Source of the DNA: Puccinia triticina
Lineage: Eukaryota
Length of the DNA stretch: 64,000 nucleotides
NCBI GenBank assembly: GCA_026914245.1
Contig: CP110439.1
Coordinates: 4,960,001-5,024,000 of the forward strand
Direction: 5' to 3'
Below are positions 27,137 through 40,452 of this stretch, piece by piece. Below the pieces are notes generated by a model. That model did no database searches, was not told where the DNA came from, and was given only the letters and a program-made list of their open reading frames with translations. Position 1 is the first letter of the stretch; every line of letters starts with the position of its first letter. The translations under genes were made by a program, and so were the position numbers.

Positions 27137-27966
27137 TTCGGATTCTTCTTTTTGTGATTCAAGTACAGATGGATGTGGGGTGTACTTCTAGCTTAACTAA
27201 GCCTCTCGAACGGAGGGTCCGGGGGACCCCGCCCGGAGGGCTCTCCGCAGGAGAGGCTTACACCTAATGTCTGAAGTCTGGCAGGGAAAGGAAGGATATT
27301 CAACCCCAAAACCACTAAATATTTATTTAAAAATCAGCAAAATATGTACAAAAAAAACTGCATAGACAGTTTCATTGGCAGTGCTGATGCGCACCCTCAC
27401 CCAAAATTTTGAGCAAAAATTTCCAAAACTGATTGAAGAAATCCGTTTTGAAGGTCAAAGGAATCCTGAAGGATATTACATTGCTCTGAAGATCCATTTT
27501 TGGATTTTCTGATAATATGCACAATTGAATTTCCTATCTCCAACAAAATGCAACACTAGATGTGTAGGATCTGCGGGTTTGCGGATCCAGGATCCACTAG
27601 GCATGATGGTTGTGCATCCTTAGTTTACATTTCTTCATGTTTTTTTATTTTTAAAACATTAGTACAGTGCAAATGGTTTGGATTGAGGAGATGAGACCGG
27701 TGCCAAATGAAAGCTGAGGTCCAGAAGTATCATTTGGCTCTGGGGCAGGTCCACAGGACCTGAGGGGAAGGCTGGCTGAGGGTTAATATTTTCCCTCCAG
27801 CCATTTGTGATTTCTTTCCCAGCCAAAATTTTGACATTACGCGCAAGTCCCTCCCTGCAGGAGGGGCTGCTTTGCGGCCAGCCACAGCAAGCATCCCACC
27901 AGGGGGGACTTGTGTTAAGTTAGGGTGTACTTTGACTTGGAGGATCGCCAATATGATTACATATTA

Positions 27967-28165
27967 GGGGGGTTCACAATTGAATTTTATAAAACTTTGG
28001 AGGTCAATTTAAGGCCTTTATGAACATAATTTTAAAATTTTGGTAAGATGTCCAGAAAAAGGTGTGACTGATCAATCAGTGCAATTTATCAACTTTTGAG
28101 AAATATGTTCATAAACAGGTTAAAATGGGTCCTAAAGTTTTCCAATTTTCAATTGTGAACCCCCC
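27967..28165. mobile_element. Palindromic MITE flanked by TA
   Basis: TIR GGGGGGTTCACAATTGAA / TTCAATTGTGAACCCCCC, with arms extending inward imperfectly. Confidence 0.75.
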
Positions 28166-28170
28166 TATTA

Positions 28171-28301
28171 GCACTGTTCACGTAAGCTAAACATCAGCAA
28201 GATTGAAATAAAGTTTATCCCATTGTGCCAGCCAATTTGGCTGGGAAAGTATGCTGATGTATATCTCTCACATGGTCATAGATTTCTTACGTGAACAGTG
28301 C
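28171..28301. mobile_element. Small MITE flanked by TA
   Basis: TIR GCACTGTTCACGTAAG / CTTACGTGAACAGTGC. Confidence 0.7.
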
Positions 28302-29636
28302 TATTCAACTTTTGGCCTGCCGTATATGTACACATGTATGATGACCTAGGCCCCCCCAGCAGGTTAATGGAACCTGAGATGGTTTGTGGTAGGATGATGA
28401 TGGATTACATGTATAGAAAGGGAAAGACACTTTATATACATGTAATCTATAAGCATACTATGGTCTAGGTGTGAGCTAAGCCTGTAACCCATACAGGGTT
28501 ACAACACTCCCCCCTCACCTAGACACTGGACATTATCCGCCTTCTAAATTTCTCAAATAATTCCCTCCCAAGCGCTTTTGTAAATACATCCAATAATTGA
28601 TTGGCTGTAGGCACCCACACTAAATCTGTCTTTTTCTCGTAGATGGCTTGATTTGTCAGATAAAACTCTCTGTTGACATGGCGTACCCTTTTATTAGCAG
28701 AATCATCCGTGCTAACCCTTATAGCGGCTTGATTGTCGCAGAAAAGATGACCTGTAAAATCTTTCTTCAGGATGTCAGTCAGTAAATGCTTAACCCATAT
28801 TACATTCCTCGTGCCAATGCCGAGTGCCATGTACTCCGCTTGGCAAGTGGACGCGGCTACTGTGGCAAACCGGCGGGAAGCCCAAAGGATTGGACACCCA
28901 TAGAAACTGATCAGTATCCCATACGTTGATCTGCCGTGTTCACCTCCCCACGACGCGTCACAATAACATTTAAGCGCTTTGTTGCTGTTGTCCGGCACTA
29001 TGTCGAGTTGAATGTCTCTCGATCCCGCGACATAGCCAAGCAGGTGCTTCACACCTTTCCAGTGATTAATCCTGGGCTTTGCCAAGAAGTGCGCCAGAAG
29101 ATTGACCGCAAAGGCGATGTCGGGACGCATACCTACAGCAAGATAACTGAGAGAACCTAGAACAGAAAGATAAGGCGTAGAGTCTGATTCAACACCATCT
29201 GTGTCAGTCACTAATTCCAAGGATGGTGGCAAAGGCGTTTTAGTGGTCAACGCGCCATCCTAGTGATCGCGTAGGACCTGTTCAATCAGCTTTGGTTGTT
29301 TTAGATGGAATCCTTTTTCACCCCGCTTAACCTGTAGACCTACTGTCGACTCTATTCCATCACTCCATTTGATTTGGAGGACACCTTTCAGGTTGTTCTC
29401 CAGCCGCTGTAGGAGCAAATCTGACAAGCCAGTTACAATCCCGTCGTCCATGTGGATCCAGATAATTCCAATCTCTTTTGAGTGCTGCAGAGTGTATAGA
29501 TTGTTATCATACTGGCTAGCTTTGTAGCCCAGGTCAGTAAGAATCCCTTTCAAATGAAGCCACCAGCACCACGCTGCCTGTCTGGTTCCACACAGCGCTT
29601 TGTGCAGCTTCATAGCGTATCCCTGCGGTAGCTTCA

Positions 29637-29851
29637 TGTAGAGACTGTAAAATGAAGATGTGTCTGGTGAGAGTCGAACTCACAACCTCAGCTATGCTGA
29701 GACACATACTAGAGTGCTGCCTTTACCAACTAGGCTACAGACGCTTGTGGCTGCCAGCTGGGTGGTTGGTTGGTACTGCTCATGGGTCAATCCAACAGCC
29801 CTCCATACTGTGGTGATACATCATGGTAGCAGACTAACAGACAACTCAACA
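29637..29851. mobile_element. Solo LTR inserted in copia RT
   Basis: TGTAG...CAACA ends, 5-bp TSD CTTCA; removal restores PEGMKLPQG. Confidence 0.88.
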
Positions 29852-32333
29852 CTTCATGCCCTCTGGCGCCTTGACCCACACCTCCTCGTCAATAGGTGAG
29901 TTGAGGTAGGCTGCAACAAAATCAAAAGATCTTACCGGCCAGTTAAATTTGGCTGCCAGTGAAAATATCAGCCGCATGGAAACAAACGTTGCCGTTGGTG
30001 CAAACGTTTTGTTGGAATCGTAGCCCTCCACTTGAGTGAAACCCTTAGCTACATACCGCGCTTTCCAGCACACCACCTTGGATTGGTCATTTGACTTTTC
30101 TGCTAAAACCCAACGTCCGTCCAGGGGAATCCGTCCCGCAGGACAAGGCAGGGCTGACCACACCTTCATTCGCAGCAAGTTTCCCAGTTCCTCTTCAATC
30201 GCGGCCTGCCATTTGTCCCATTGCGCTGATTTCATGGCCTGTTTGTACGTTCTCGGCACTGTGGCTGAAAAAGTGGAACATTCTTGCAAGAGTTTATCAA
30301 CAACCAATTCTTGGTTCATAATCAGTTTATCCAAGTTTATTAAAGACACAGTTTTTCCAGAATCCTAAAAAAAATATCAAGGGTTCCCCCTGTAAATAAA
30401 TACACCAAATGAGAAAGAAAAAAAAATCAAGGGTTTCCCCATTGTACAGAAAATCAATCCAAAAATCACAACTATTCCTCAAACAATACATATAACAAAA
30501 GCAAAAATTGCAACCTAGCCCTCCAACATCAGCAGAACTGCTGTGTCCACAGGCTCAACCCCCAGCCCGCGTCAAGCGCACAGGTCAAAAGGGATGGACA
30601 TGAAGGCCCCCGGCCCGCAGCAAAGGCTGCTGACCAGTGGGGGGCCCACTCTTTGCCCCTCAAACTGTGCAAGTGCAACAGCGGAGGGGGGTGAGGACAA
30701 ACCGCACGCTGGAATTACAGCGGCAGAGGATGCCTGCGGCAAACAATACTACATCAGGCTTCACCTTAAATAGCCATTTGGACCCGACATGCCTTCCCGA
30801 CTGCTCCTCTCCAACTCGACGCCTCGACCCTGGTACCCCATTTCAACACCAGGCTATCACCAAGCCTCCAAGTACAAACAACAATATCAAGTGCCACGCT
30901 GGCCATTGCAGGCAACAGCACCTGATACATAAGACATAAGTATTTAGGCGCGCGCACAAACCAACCGTTGCATAATCTGACCAGATCATACACTCCTCTG
31001 ACCGCCGCTAAGCAGCACCCTCGCCATCGGATGGTCTTGCTCGGCGTGTTCGTTGCTCTTGTCGGGCTGGGATGGCCAATCAACAAGTATTATGCGCCAA
31101 GGCGCTGGGGAGGACATTGCGACTGCTCATTTGCCTCCCTGCCAAAGATCGCTTCATCCATGCCGGCGTCAGCCATCCGTTTTGTTTCTTTGACAAACGT
31201 AATTGGGTGCTTTTCGGTGGCCATGATGGAAAGGTCTCACCCTCACCTTCTCTTTCCTGCATCCAAGAGATGTCACTCAGTTGCTCATGTGTTTCGTGTT
31301 TTTGGCACAGGTCTTTGCAACCAATCTGGGCCCGGTGTTGCGCCAAACCCTGTGCCCCAGCGCCGCCTGCTTCTTAAGATGCCTCTCTAACCCATATCGC
31401 CTCGCTCCCTCCACCCGAGCGACAATGGCCAACCATCCCCGAAGCCTCTCAGCCAACCCTGCCATGCTTCTCCTCAGCCACTCTGCCGCTGCCGCCGATC
31501 CTGCCGACAAGGGCAACAACAATACCCCCACACTCGCCCACATGCCCGCCCTGCCCAGCACCCTCAGCACCGACGATCAGCTCTTACCCTGGTTGACACC
31601 CCTGCCCACCAACTCATTCTCCGCCTCCTCCGACTCGCTCTCGTCACCGTCCTCCTCCTCCTCCTCCTCTCCATCCCTCTGTCGCCATCATACGCTCGAC
31701 CCGCTAGAACCCGAAATCCCGGCCTGCTTCGCCTCATCCTCTCTCTGTCTATCCACCCCTCCCTCCAACCCATCGTCTACTCGTGACCCTCTCAAAACTA
31801 CCCGGCCCATCTTCCTCCTCCCCGGCCCGGCCCAGCTCTCAACCATCCCCATCTCAATCTTGACTCCCCACAAGCTCTCAACCCCTTGCCAAACTTCGCC
31901 ATTGTTGCCCCCAGAACTTGCCCTATGGAATCATCAGCCAGTTTTCAAACTTGCATAAATGTGAAATCAATGCTGCCCTTTTAAAATAAAAGTCAAAGGC
32001 AAAAGTATCCTGCACACTCCAACACAGGCTTTTATCAGTACACTTTTGTATATCCCATGTTTAGTGTTTCTCCTCTAACTTGAGTGTTGGCTTGCAAGCT
32101 AGCCATGCTACTGGGGTTCAGAGCATGGATGAAATTTTTCTCACTCTCAAAAAAAAATACATTGAACTTTGTATCAGGGTGAATTGTATGGGGAACTGAG
32201 CCCTTATTGTTCCTGTAAAGATTTACTTGATTTCTATTTGAATTCTTGAGAAGGAACTCCACATTTCATGCATCCTTCCACTCGAATGGTCATTTTTCAA
32301 TTCAATTGAGTCATGATACTGGAGAAACAGCAT

Positions 32334-32599
32334 CACTGCCAGCATGTTTGGCTGGGTTGAAGTCATCCCAGTTTAACTGGGATGCACTCAACCAATTTAA
32401 ACTTGGTTGATCTCAACCAATTTAAACTTGGTTGATCTCAACCAATTTAAACTTGGTTGATCTCAACCAATTTAATATAAACCCAAGGGGGGTTCCTTGG
32501 ATTTATATTTCATCAGTTCGGATCACCCAAGTTTAAATTGGTTAAGTGCATCCCAGTTTAACTGGGATAACCTTAACCCAGCCAATTGTGCTGGCAGTG
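32334..32599. mobile_element. CACTG-type (CACTA/CMC) foldback MITE inside the Helitron
   Basis: TIR CACTGCCAGCA / TGCTGGCAGTG, 3-bp TSD CAT, long inverted arms, about three tandem copies of TCAACCAATTTAAACTTGGTTGATC. Confidence 0.82.
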
Positions 32600-32650
32600 C
32601 ATATGACTAAAATTGTGTGAGTATATCAAATAGCACAGTGTGTAGACCTA

Positions 32651-32800
32651 GGCCCCGTTTGGAGCCAATATAATCCAGGCAATATATGAGTTTTTTTGCA
32701 TGACATCCTATGTGACATCTGATCAGGTCCGCCAAAACTTGATCAGATGTCACAAGTTTCCAGATTATATTGTGCAATTATATTGGCTCCAAACGGGGCC
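32651..32800. mobile_element. Tourist-like MITE inside the Helitron
   Basis: TIR GGCCCCGTTTGGAGCCAATATAAT / ATTATATTGGCTCCAAACGGGGCC, TSD CTA. Confidence 0.88.
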
Positions 32801-35800
32801 CTATTTTTTGAGGAATAACTTGAAGTCTGGTGAGAGCTCCTTACCTCTCCAAAAAGGTAGCAAAAACCCACTGTACATGCTGTAGATTACCAGATTTTGA
32901 AGGATCATCATTTGAAAGTTTGTTGTAAATTTTTGAAATTCTCAACTGTGATGCAGATACTACTTGGTGGATAATTGTAGACTCTGATTTTTTTTTTTTT
33001 TTTTTTTTTTTTGCAAAGGTGGGTTGGGGTTCTAGATTTTAAATTGTAACAATTACAACGGCGTAGCTGCCTTGGCCTCTGGTTGCTTAAAAGGATGGGT
33101 AGACTAGAGGGGGGTCAAAAATGCAGTGAAAACCTGGTGTGTCTGATAAATCTGTATGGACTGATACTGCATAAAGTTGGGTAGTGAGATTAAACACAGA
33201 AGGTGGGTCAACTAAACCTAGATTTTGCAGCGGCGAAGCCGCCTTGGCCTCTAGTCTGTACTAAAATCCCCAAGCGTCAACCTGTTCATGATAAATCCAA
33301 GTTTGTGCTTCTCTGTTGGTGCTGGAACTGTATCAGTGGTCTGGTGCGCATCAAGGGATGGCACTTCCTTCTCCGTTGCTAGATTAGTCACAGCTTTGTT
33401 ACTCAGCTTTCTGTATTCTTCTGGTCGCTTATCTTGCCAATTTACCACCGCCAATGTCACCAATTGATTACTACCAGCGACCCAGAAAATCCAGCCCTTG
33501 CTATTGTCGCAGTTTGCCACCACTCGACCTTCCAGTGCGTGATCATCAAGTTTCTTCCTTTTTTCCACAGGGATGTGCAAGAAACCAGTCTCCCCAAAGA
33601 TCCTTGCTGTATCGAATAGCGGTCTGCGGTCGTAAAAAGCCTCCCAGGGCGACTTCTCCCCACTCGACTTGCTCGGAATCCTATTCAACGTATCACTTGC
33701 CCATATGTAACTAAAACCCCAGAACAATTTGTCAAGACCACTGTCAATCAGAAGCGTTTGGCCCATTTCGCTGAGGGTCCTGTTGTAACGTTCTATTGCA
33801 CCATTTTGGTAATGATGGTAGGGCAAAGCGCGTTCAGCTGTAATACCGTTGTCACTCAGAAAGTTTAGAAAAATCAAGCTGTTACATTCACCTCCATTAT
33901 CACTGTGAACGGTCTTGACCTTATCTCCAGTTATTGTCTCCCATTGCTTGATCGTTGAAATCAGTAGACCACATGACTGGTCTTTGCTTTTCATGATTTT
34001 TGCCTCCAAGTAACCGGTCCCCAGGTCCCTGATCGTGAGGACAAAAGATCCCGAATTGAAAGTTGGCACTTGAAATGGTCCTATGATGTCACAAGAAATT
34101 ACTGCTAAACGCTTTAAAACCCTGTCAGTGCTTGTTAGTCTGTTCCTCAGAACGCTTTTAGCAATGGCGCAAGTAGCACATTTGATCTCCCCCGGTGGGA
34201 GAATCCTTGGGATACCTGTCACTTGGCCTAGTTTACAGATTCTCCTTATCTTCCTCAGGCTGGCATGGCCGAATAACCTATGCCAGTAGACCAGGGTCTT
34301 CTCATCACGTGTCAGTTCTTTCCCAGCAATGCTTGCTGGGGATGGCACATCCACAGGTATTAAAAAATTAGATTTCAGTTGCAAGCGTTCATGAGTAGTG
34401 ATAGGACAAAAGGAAGGAGAAACGGGTTGTTTAGGTTTTTCCGAGCGCGCATATGAGAGATGAGAGTGGGTGGGAACGGGAATAGGCAGGGGAAAAATCC
34501 ATTTGTTCTGGAGCGCTATGAAAGGACATGAAAACAGCTTCAAACCAGCCCTGTTAAAAATTTTGTAGCAGTTGGTCTCTACGTTATACGTAAAGTATGA
34601 ATTAGCTTTACGTATAGCAGCCAGTGAGATGAGAACTGTTCTCGCTAGCTTACAATAAAGGACGCTGTGAATAGTAACACGTTGGTTATCAAGTCCGTTA
34701 AATTGGAGATCACCTTGACCAGTAATAAAAGCGGGATTGCCTTTGGTCGCTACTTTAAGGGGAATGGGGGAAGGGAATGAGCAAAAATTGAAAAAGAAAC
34801 GTTTGTCACCACACAAATGGTGTGACGCACCAGAGTCCACGATTGGCACACCTTCCGCCATATCCACATCAATCTGGCCAAATTGGAGATTCGCCAGATC
34901 CTCCGTCAAATCCCCAAGCTCGACAAACTGTGCTCCCGCACCTGTGTTTGGCTCCGGAGCATCCGCCAACGCCATCCTTGCATTTGGTTGTGAAGGTCGC
35001 TGCGAGTTGACCCACTGCAAGCGATACTGAGGTCGGTAAGAATCGCCGCGAGACCTGTTGGGTTCTTGTTGTCTGGCGTTTGCTGGCTGTGTGTGTGACT
35101 GTCCAAACGGCTGTACCAGCGGGACAACTGCCGGGTATGTGCCGACTGAGCCAATGGGCGCCACAATTGGGTAGAAGGGCTGAAAACCGGTATGTTGACT
35201 GGCCACGGGGTACTGGTTGTAAGGGCAAGGCTGATGAAAAGGTCTGGGTCCGCTTCGAGACTGTTGGACAGTGGGGCAGTTGCGCTGGATGTGTCCCGGA
35301 GATCGGCACAGGAAGCATACACCGGCCCTCATCGCCGCAGCCTCCACTTCGCTGTACTGTCCATCGCCCGAGAAAACTGGTTGTTGGGGAGTCGGGGCCG
35401 TGTTGTTGATCCCTACATTCATTGCCAGCGGCGGCGCAGGTGACGTCTGTTGGCCCTGTCCTCGCAGTTCGGTCTGATGTCAAAGGTTCTGTTGTACAAT
35501 CCCGATCGTCCTGATGATTGACTCAAAATCCTCAACAGTTCTGGTTCTTGATCTTGACAAGGACTGCTCAACACAACGGTCAACTTCTTCCATTAGTTCT
35601 GGTTCGGTTCCTAAGCTGTTCTGGAGAATGAGTCTGGCCAGTTGGTTTCTGGTCAAGGTAATGTTGAGTCGAGCTAGTTTGTCCAGTTCATCATTGATTC
35701 CTGTGGCCATTTTGGCTGCCGTCGGGTGATTGTGAATGTTGAAACGCAGGAGTCGTTGGAAACAGTTGAGCTGGGCAGCTCGGCTAACCACACTGAATTG

Positions 35801-36829
35801 GGCGCGGATTTCAATCAACATACTGGACGCAAAAGGAAGTCGTTGTAAGTCTTGTCGCAGGGATCTATTGACGGAGGATATCAAAATGGAGCAGGCAATC
35901 CTCTCATGGTGAGCACTTGTTGATTCATATGCAAGATAGTCCGGATCGTTGATCGCGTCGCGGAGCCTTTCTTTGAGAAATTCCTCCCAGACCCCTAGGT
36001 TACTACCGTCAGCCAGCAGTCTGTCTGTGTCTCTGATTTGTCCTGAGACAGAGGAAATGATTGCTGAGGCATTTCAATCGTCGGCAAGGTTCACTGGCAC
36101 TGGTAGACGGGGTTGCTGATGGGGGGCTCTGTTGATTTCGACGTTTGCTAGGGGTTTTGGGGGATTGGCGTTGGGATCCATGTTTATGGGTTGGTGGGGT
36201 TATGTAATGAAAGAGAAAAAAGGAATGGGGAAAAAAAAAAATCGGAGCGGAAATGAGGATGGAAGATAGGGGTGAGACGCGTGGAGTACAATTGTGGAGA
36301 GGAAGGGGAAGAAAAAAAGAAAGAGTTTGTCAATGGGGAGATGTAGATATGTATGTTTTTTTTTTTTTTTTTTTTTTTTTTATTATGTTTAGGGTTAAGA
36401 TTTTGACGATTTTTGAAGGGATATGGGGGGAAGGGAAAGAATAGGCTGTGACGGAGAGAAAGAAAAGGAAACGACCGGAGGATACGAGGAGGAAAAATTC
36501 AGAATTTTGGTAAGGAGGAAGTCGGCCACGAGTCAATGAATATGAAAACGCTGTTCAGCCCTTGAACTCAGCTTCCTGAGTCAAGATATACGTTCGGATA
36601 GCTAATCCTTGTGTAGCTTACTTAGTGAAATGAAAACAGAGGACTGGAAGTTGATTGATTGAGAGAAGTCAGCCAGAACACTGAATATAATAGACAAGGT
36701 TATAGATACGCAAGAGAGAAGACAGATGACAATAGAGAAACAAAGAAACCAATGCACGAGTAGACTTGATTCACAAGTGAAGGCTTTGAGAGAAACAATT
36801 TTCAATTGAATTACACCCCTGCCAGGCAA

Positions 36830-37730
36830 AACACTCATTGTATTGTTGTGAAAGTCAGCTGTATCAGCCAACTTTCCAGTTGCAAGTTCCCCAAACAGTG
36901 GCTGTAAGCTCACCATTTGTGTGGTGATTATCTCATTACTCTTAATTTTCTGCCGCTATGACATTCCTGTTCTTAGTTATACGTCTTTTGATTTTTAATT
37001 TTTTCCTTCAGCCAGATGATAATCTTGTGAGCGGCAAGGTGTTCAAATGTGATAAATCTCTTGCCCCTGTAACCCAATATAGCACTTCCCAGCCAAGCAT
37101 CACATCAGGTACCCCAAAACCATTCTTCCCATCTGTTGCATCCGGTATGCGACCAAGCACTCTGAATACAACCCTATCACCTCCCGTTCCATCCTTCAGT
37201 GCAACCTAGTAAGTTGGTTTCTCCTGTTGGTTATCTCTCAAAATAGCAACGGCTAAGACCAGAGACTCGTGGGTTCCTCATAAACAGCAAAAGAATTGGT
37301 TTGCAAATCCAAGGCAGGAGAGAAAACGTTTGCATTCTGCGTGGCTGACTCATGCAGTGAAACCGCCAGTGAGGCTCATTTCTTTTAGCTTGAATTTCTC
37401 AAAATACTTGTTTGGTTGATAGGATCTAACTGTATCAATGATAATATTTTTGATCTGCTGCTCTTTTGATAGCTTGCAAAGGCTGCAGGTCAGATTTTGG
37501 AATGGCAGTAAAAGTCAAGTGCATGTCTTACAACATACAGAACCAACAGAATTGTGAGTTCCTTGACCTTTTTTTCCTTTTAGATAATCATGTACGACTC
37601 CGACGGGATCAGGGTTATATTTTCTTCCAACTGAATTTTCTCTGGACTTCAACAGTCTGTCAAGACATCAATGGTATCAAGTTCGTGTGCGCTGGAAGCA
37701 GTGTAGCTCGCACCGGTAAGCTAGACGCAT
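36830..37730 (+). pseudogene. Decayed multi-exon Cys-rich secreted-protein gene
   Basis: GT-AG spliceable exons give ..LIVLL*KSAVSA.., VFKCDKSL, LVCKSK..AFCVADSCSETATCKGCR..VKCMSY..CQDINGIKFVCAG; in-frame stops; no start found next to the copia end. Confidence 0.55.
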
Positions 37731-38439
37731 TCCTCTTACCTTCATTTCTTCAGTAAAAGAGGCTTTCATTTCAATCTGTCCCGGGAGGTAGATCGTACCA
37801 TGTATCATGGCTGGTTTACCTCCTGGACAGGTACGCTTTGCACAGGCTTGGTTCCCGGATTTCAAACTAATGTGATCATTATTTTGTTATTAAGCATGTT
37901 TGATCTGCGAGTATGATAATGTCACCAAAACAAAAGCGTTCCGGCCACCATGGGAGCCGGAGATGTGTATCTCTCCATTATTAATCGCTGAATCCAATGC
38001 AACACCAATTCGTCTTTCTTTCTGGATGATCTCCATGGTGGTCTTCGTAAATCTGATGTGATATTCATAATTTTCCGGCGGGCTCCATCAAGATTAAAAA
38101 ATAGAACGATAAAACTCAAAAATCTACATCTATCCCCTAGAGCCAAACAAACCAGCAGAAAGATGTTCAGAATCAGGCTGATCTCGGCGACAAATTGAGC
38201 CGTCAAATTGATGCTGGCGCCGAATTCAGGTTTAACAGGGTTTAACCTACTCTGTTAGGTTGGTCGGGCTGACCCCGGAGGCAACATGAGTTGTTTTTAC
38301 AGCTAATTAGATGAGAAAAAAAAGATAATGAACAGGATTGATTGTGAAAATCTGAGTCCTAGCTCACATCAAAGCACATCTTGCAGAACTGCAGACTGGC
38401 CAATATACTATCCAATGCTTAAAAAGGTGTCTTGCACAA

Positions 38440-38820
38440 CTTTTGTGGGGACCCAAAACCTGTAACAGCGCTGGCTACATTTCAAGTTGACGTTGGGGGC
38501 CATGCTTGAGTTTTACAACCCCACCTACGTTTATCAACCTCCCTTGGGGCTGCCTACAAGTCTTGAGCAGGTTTTCTGGGGTCCCAAAACCTGCAAAATC
38601 AGTTATGCACATGTTCTTTGGGGACTCAAAACCTGCAAAAGCAGTTTTGCACAAGTTTTTTGGAGACCCAAAAACTGCAGAAGTGATGGCTATATTTCAA
38701 GTTGGCATTGGGGGCCAAGCTTGAGGTTCATAACCTCATCTATGTTTCTCAACATCCCTTGAAGCTAGCTATCAGTCTTGTGCAAGTTTTGCGGGGGCCC
38801 AAAACCTCCAAAAGCAGTTT
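38440..38820 (+). repeat. Degenerate repeat built of GGGNCCCAAAACCTGCAAAA units
   Basis: Several imperfect units; homologous to 41020-41330 in inverted orientation (shared GAGTTTTACAACCCCAC..CAACCT.CCTTGGGGCTG). Confidence 0.65.
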
Positions 38821-39102
38821 TTACAACACAGGGTAGTTAGATCACAATGTGTTGTCCACATTATTTGGGTAACATGACTACCTGCATTATCCAACATGTC
38901 CTGTTACGTGATGAGTAATGGGCCATTTAATTGCAATCTGGTTAGCGTAACAGGATCATTTGCCAAACCCTCTAGGCTCTATGCTACATTATTGCTTGGA
39001 TAACAAAATAACAAGCCATCAAAGGCCGTTTTAGAACTGCAGTTGATTCATTATTTCATGTGGAACATGTATAAAAGAAGAATATGAGCATTGGTGTGAT
39101 AC

Positions 39103-39779
39103 TGTTGTAACCTATCCAGTTAGGTTACAGTTGGTGACACTCACCAGGCATTCAAGGCCAGTTTTCAGCTTGGAAAACCAGCTGCAGAGCTTGTTTTCCT
39201 CATTGCATTATTGTTCTCATTGTTTTGGTCTCTTCAGGTTATGAGCCTGTAAATCTTGCTCTACCGTTTCTTTGTCTTACCTCTCAACATTTCTCTCTAT
39301 CTTCAAGGTAGCTCATTACAGAGCGTAATTGACCTGAACAAATTTCTTTCTCATACTTTATCTATCTGGGTATTATCCAAGAGGATAGTTTGCCTAATGC
39401 TTCAGTAGTAGATAAGATCTCAACTATGCTTTATCACAACAAGGTTCTTGATAGTAAGAGTTTTTGTTGATTTTATAGTTCATCAAGTATAGATTTCTTA
39501 AGTAAAATATATAAGATGACACAATAACAAAGAATATCCCAATAGGAAAAGAGAGAAAGGAAGAGGGAACAACAGATTTTGAGCAAAGCAAAGTAGACCC
39601 AAAAAGTTGACCAAATTCAATGACGACATCCAGCAACAGAAACACATCATCAACCATGAAGATCAAAATCACCAAGGAGTTCTGATTGCCAATCAACCAA
39701 ACTCATGGTTAATTAATAATTGCATATTAATCAGCCAGATCCATAATTAGCTGCATAACTTTTGACACGGGTTGTTACA
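39103..39779. mobile_element. Probable LTR fragments
   Basis: Starts TGTTGTAACC..GGTTACAG like the copia LTR start at 28506; ends GGGTTGTTACA; no TSD found. Confidence 0.35.
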
Positions 39780-40452
39780 GTAGCATAATGAGATCTTTTT
39801 CCATTTTTTACCAGAGGGTCACTAGCGTAACTGGGATAATGGCATGTAGCAGAGATAACACATTGGAAGGCGTGTATTGCCCCCTGCCTCTGCAAGAACT
39901 TCCCAAAACAGGGTTTTCTCCTGTTATAAAAAAGGCTGGGTGGCTTGCCCAACCAATCACAAACACTCCTATCTGCCCCATGCTCCCCTCCCATTTTTCC
40001 TGAACCAAGGTGTACCCATCAAAAATACCTACATTTGCCATGGGTTCCACCCCTCAACAGCCAATGGAAGAAGAAGATCCCAGAGACCAATCTGACCGGT
40101 CTCAACTGTGTTGATCTTAACACACCTCCTCTGTAACCGTCATGCCAAACATGGTACCAACATCTTCAGACTCTAGAGTACGGGCTACAAATACAAATCC
40201 TCAAAAAAAGCCGCTGGCACCCTCTTCAGAATCCGGAGATTCACCTCCAAAGAACAAAAAGAAAGAGACCAAGGGGCCTTGTCAAGTTGGATCCTATGTG
40301 GCTTTGGGAGGAGGTACCCCTCACAGGAGTGTTTGAGGACACAGGGACGGTATTGAGATCATTAGCCTCCCACAAAACAAAACAATCCTTATGTTTCTGC
40401 CCCACGCGGCTCATTCTAGTAGTCATGCATTATCCGTAACAAAATTACAACT

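Larger units (their letters stand above)
30330..33254 (+). mobile_element. Non-autonomous Helitron inserted in copia pol
   Basis: 5' TC, 3' CTAG, hairpin GCGGC-GAA-GCCGC (33230-33242), inserted between A and T with no TSD; removal restores LGDFSTDKLIMNQE. Confidence 0.9.
28519..36181 (-). pseudogene. Copia gag-pol interrupted by stops, a solo LTR and a Helitron
   Basis: ORF pieces 35480-35884, 33251-35422, 29846-30349, 29260-29637 and 28519-29250 are collinear; frames rejoin once the insertions are removed. Confidence 0.88.
28320..36600 (-). mobile_element. Ty1/copia retrotransposon, degenerate, host to nested insertions (outer boundaries approximate)
   Basis: Gag start 36181 (LLADGSN), zinc knuckle CFLCRSPGHIQRNC, VDSGASHH, WHRLFGHA, SDNGGE, KARYVAKGF, YCDASW; purine tract then TGTTGTAACC 3' LTR start at 28506. 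No matching LTR pair could be confirmed. Confidence 0.88.

Noticed and set aside
36610..36815. Candidate 5' LTR of the minus-strand copia
   Set aside because: No alignable similarity to the 3' LTR remnant at 28320-28506, so LTR pair and TSD could not be confirmed.
37922..38290. 94-aa minus-strand ORF with a hydrophobic N-terminus
   Set aside because: Non-ATG start in the track and no consistent exon model found.
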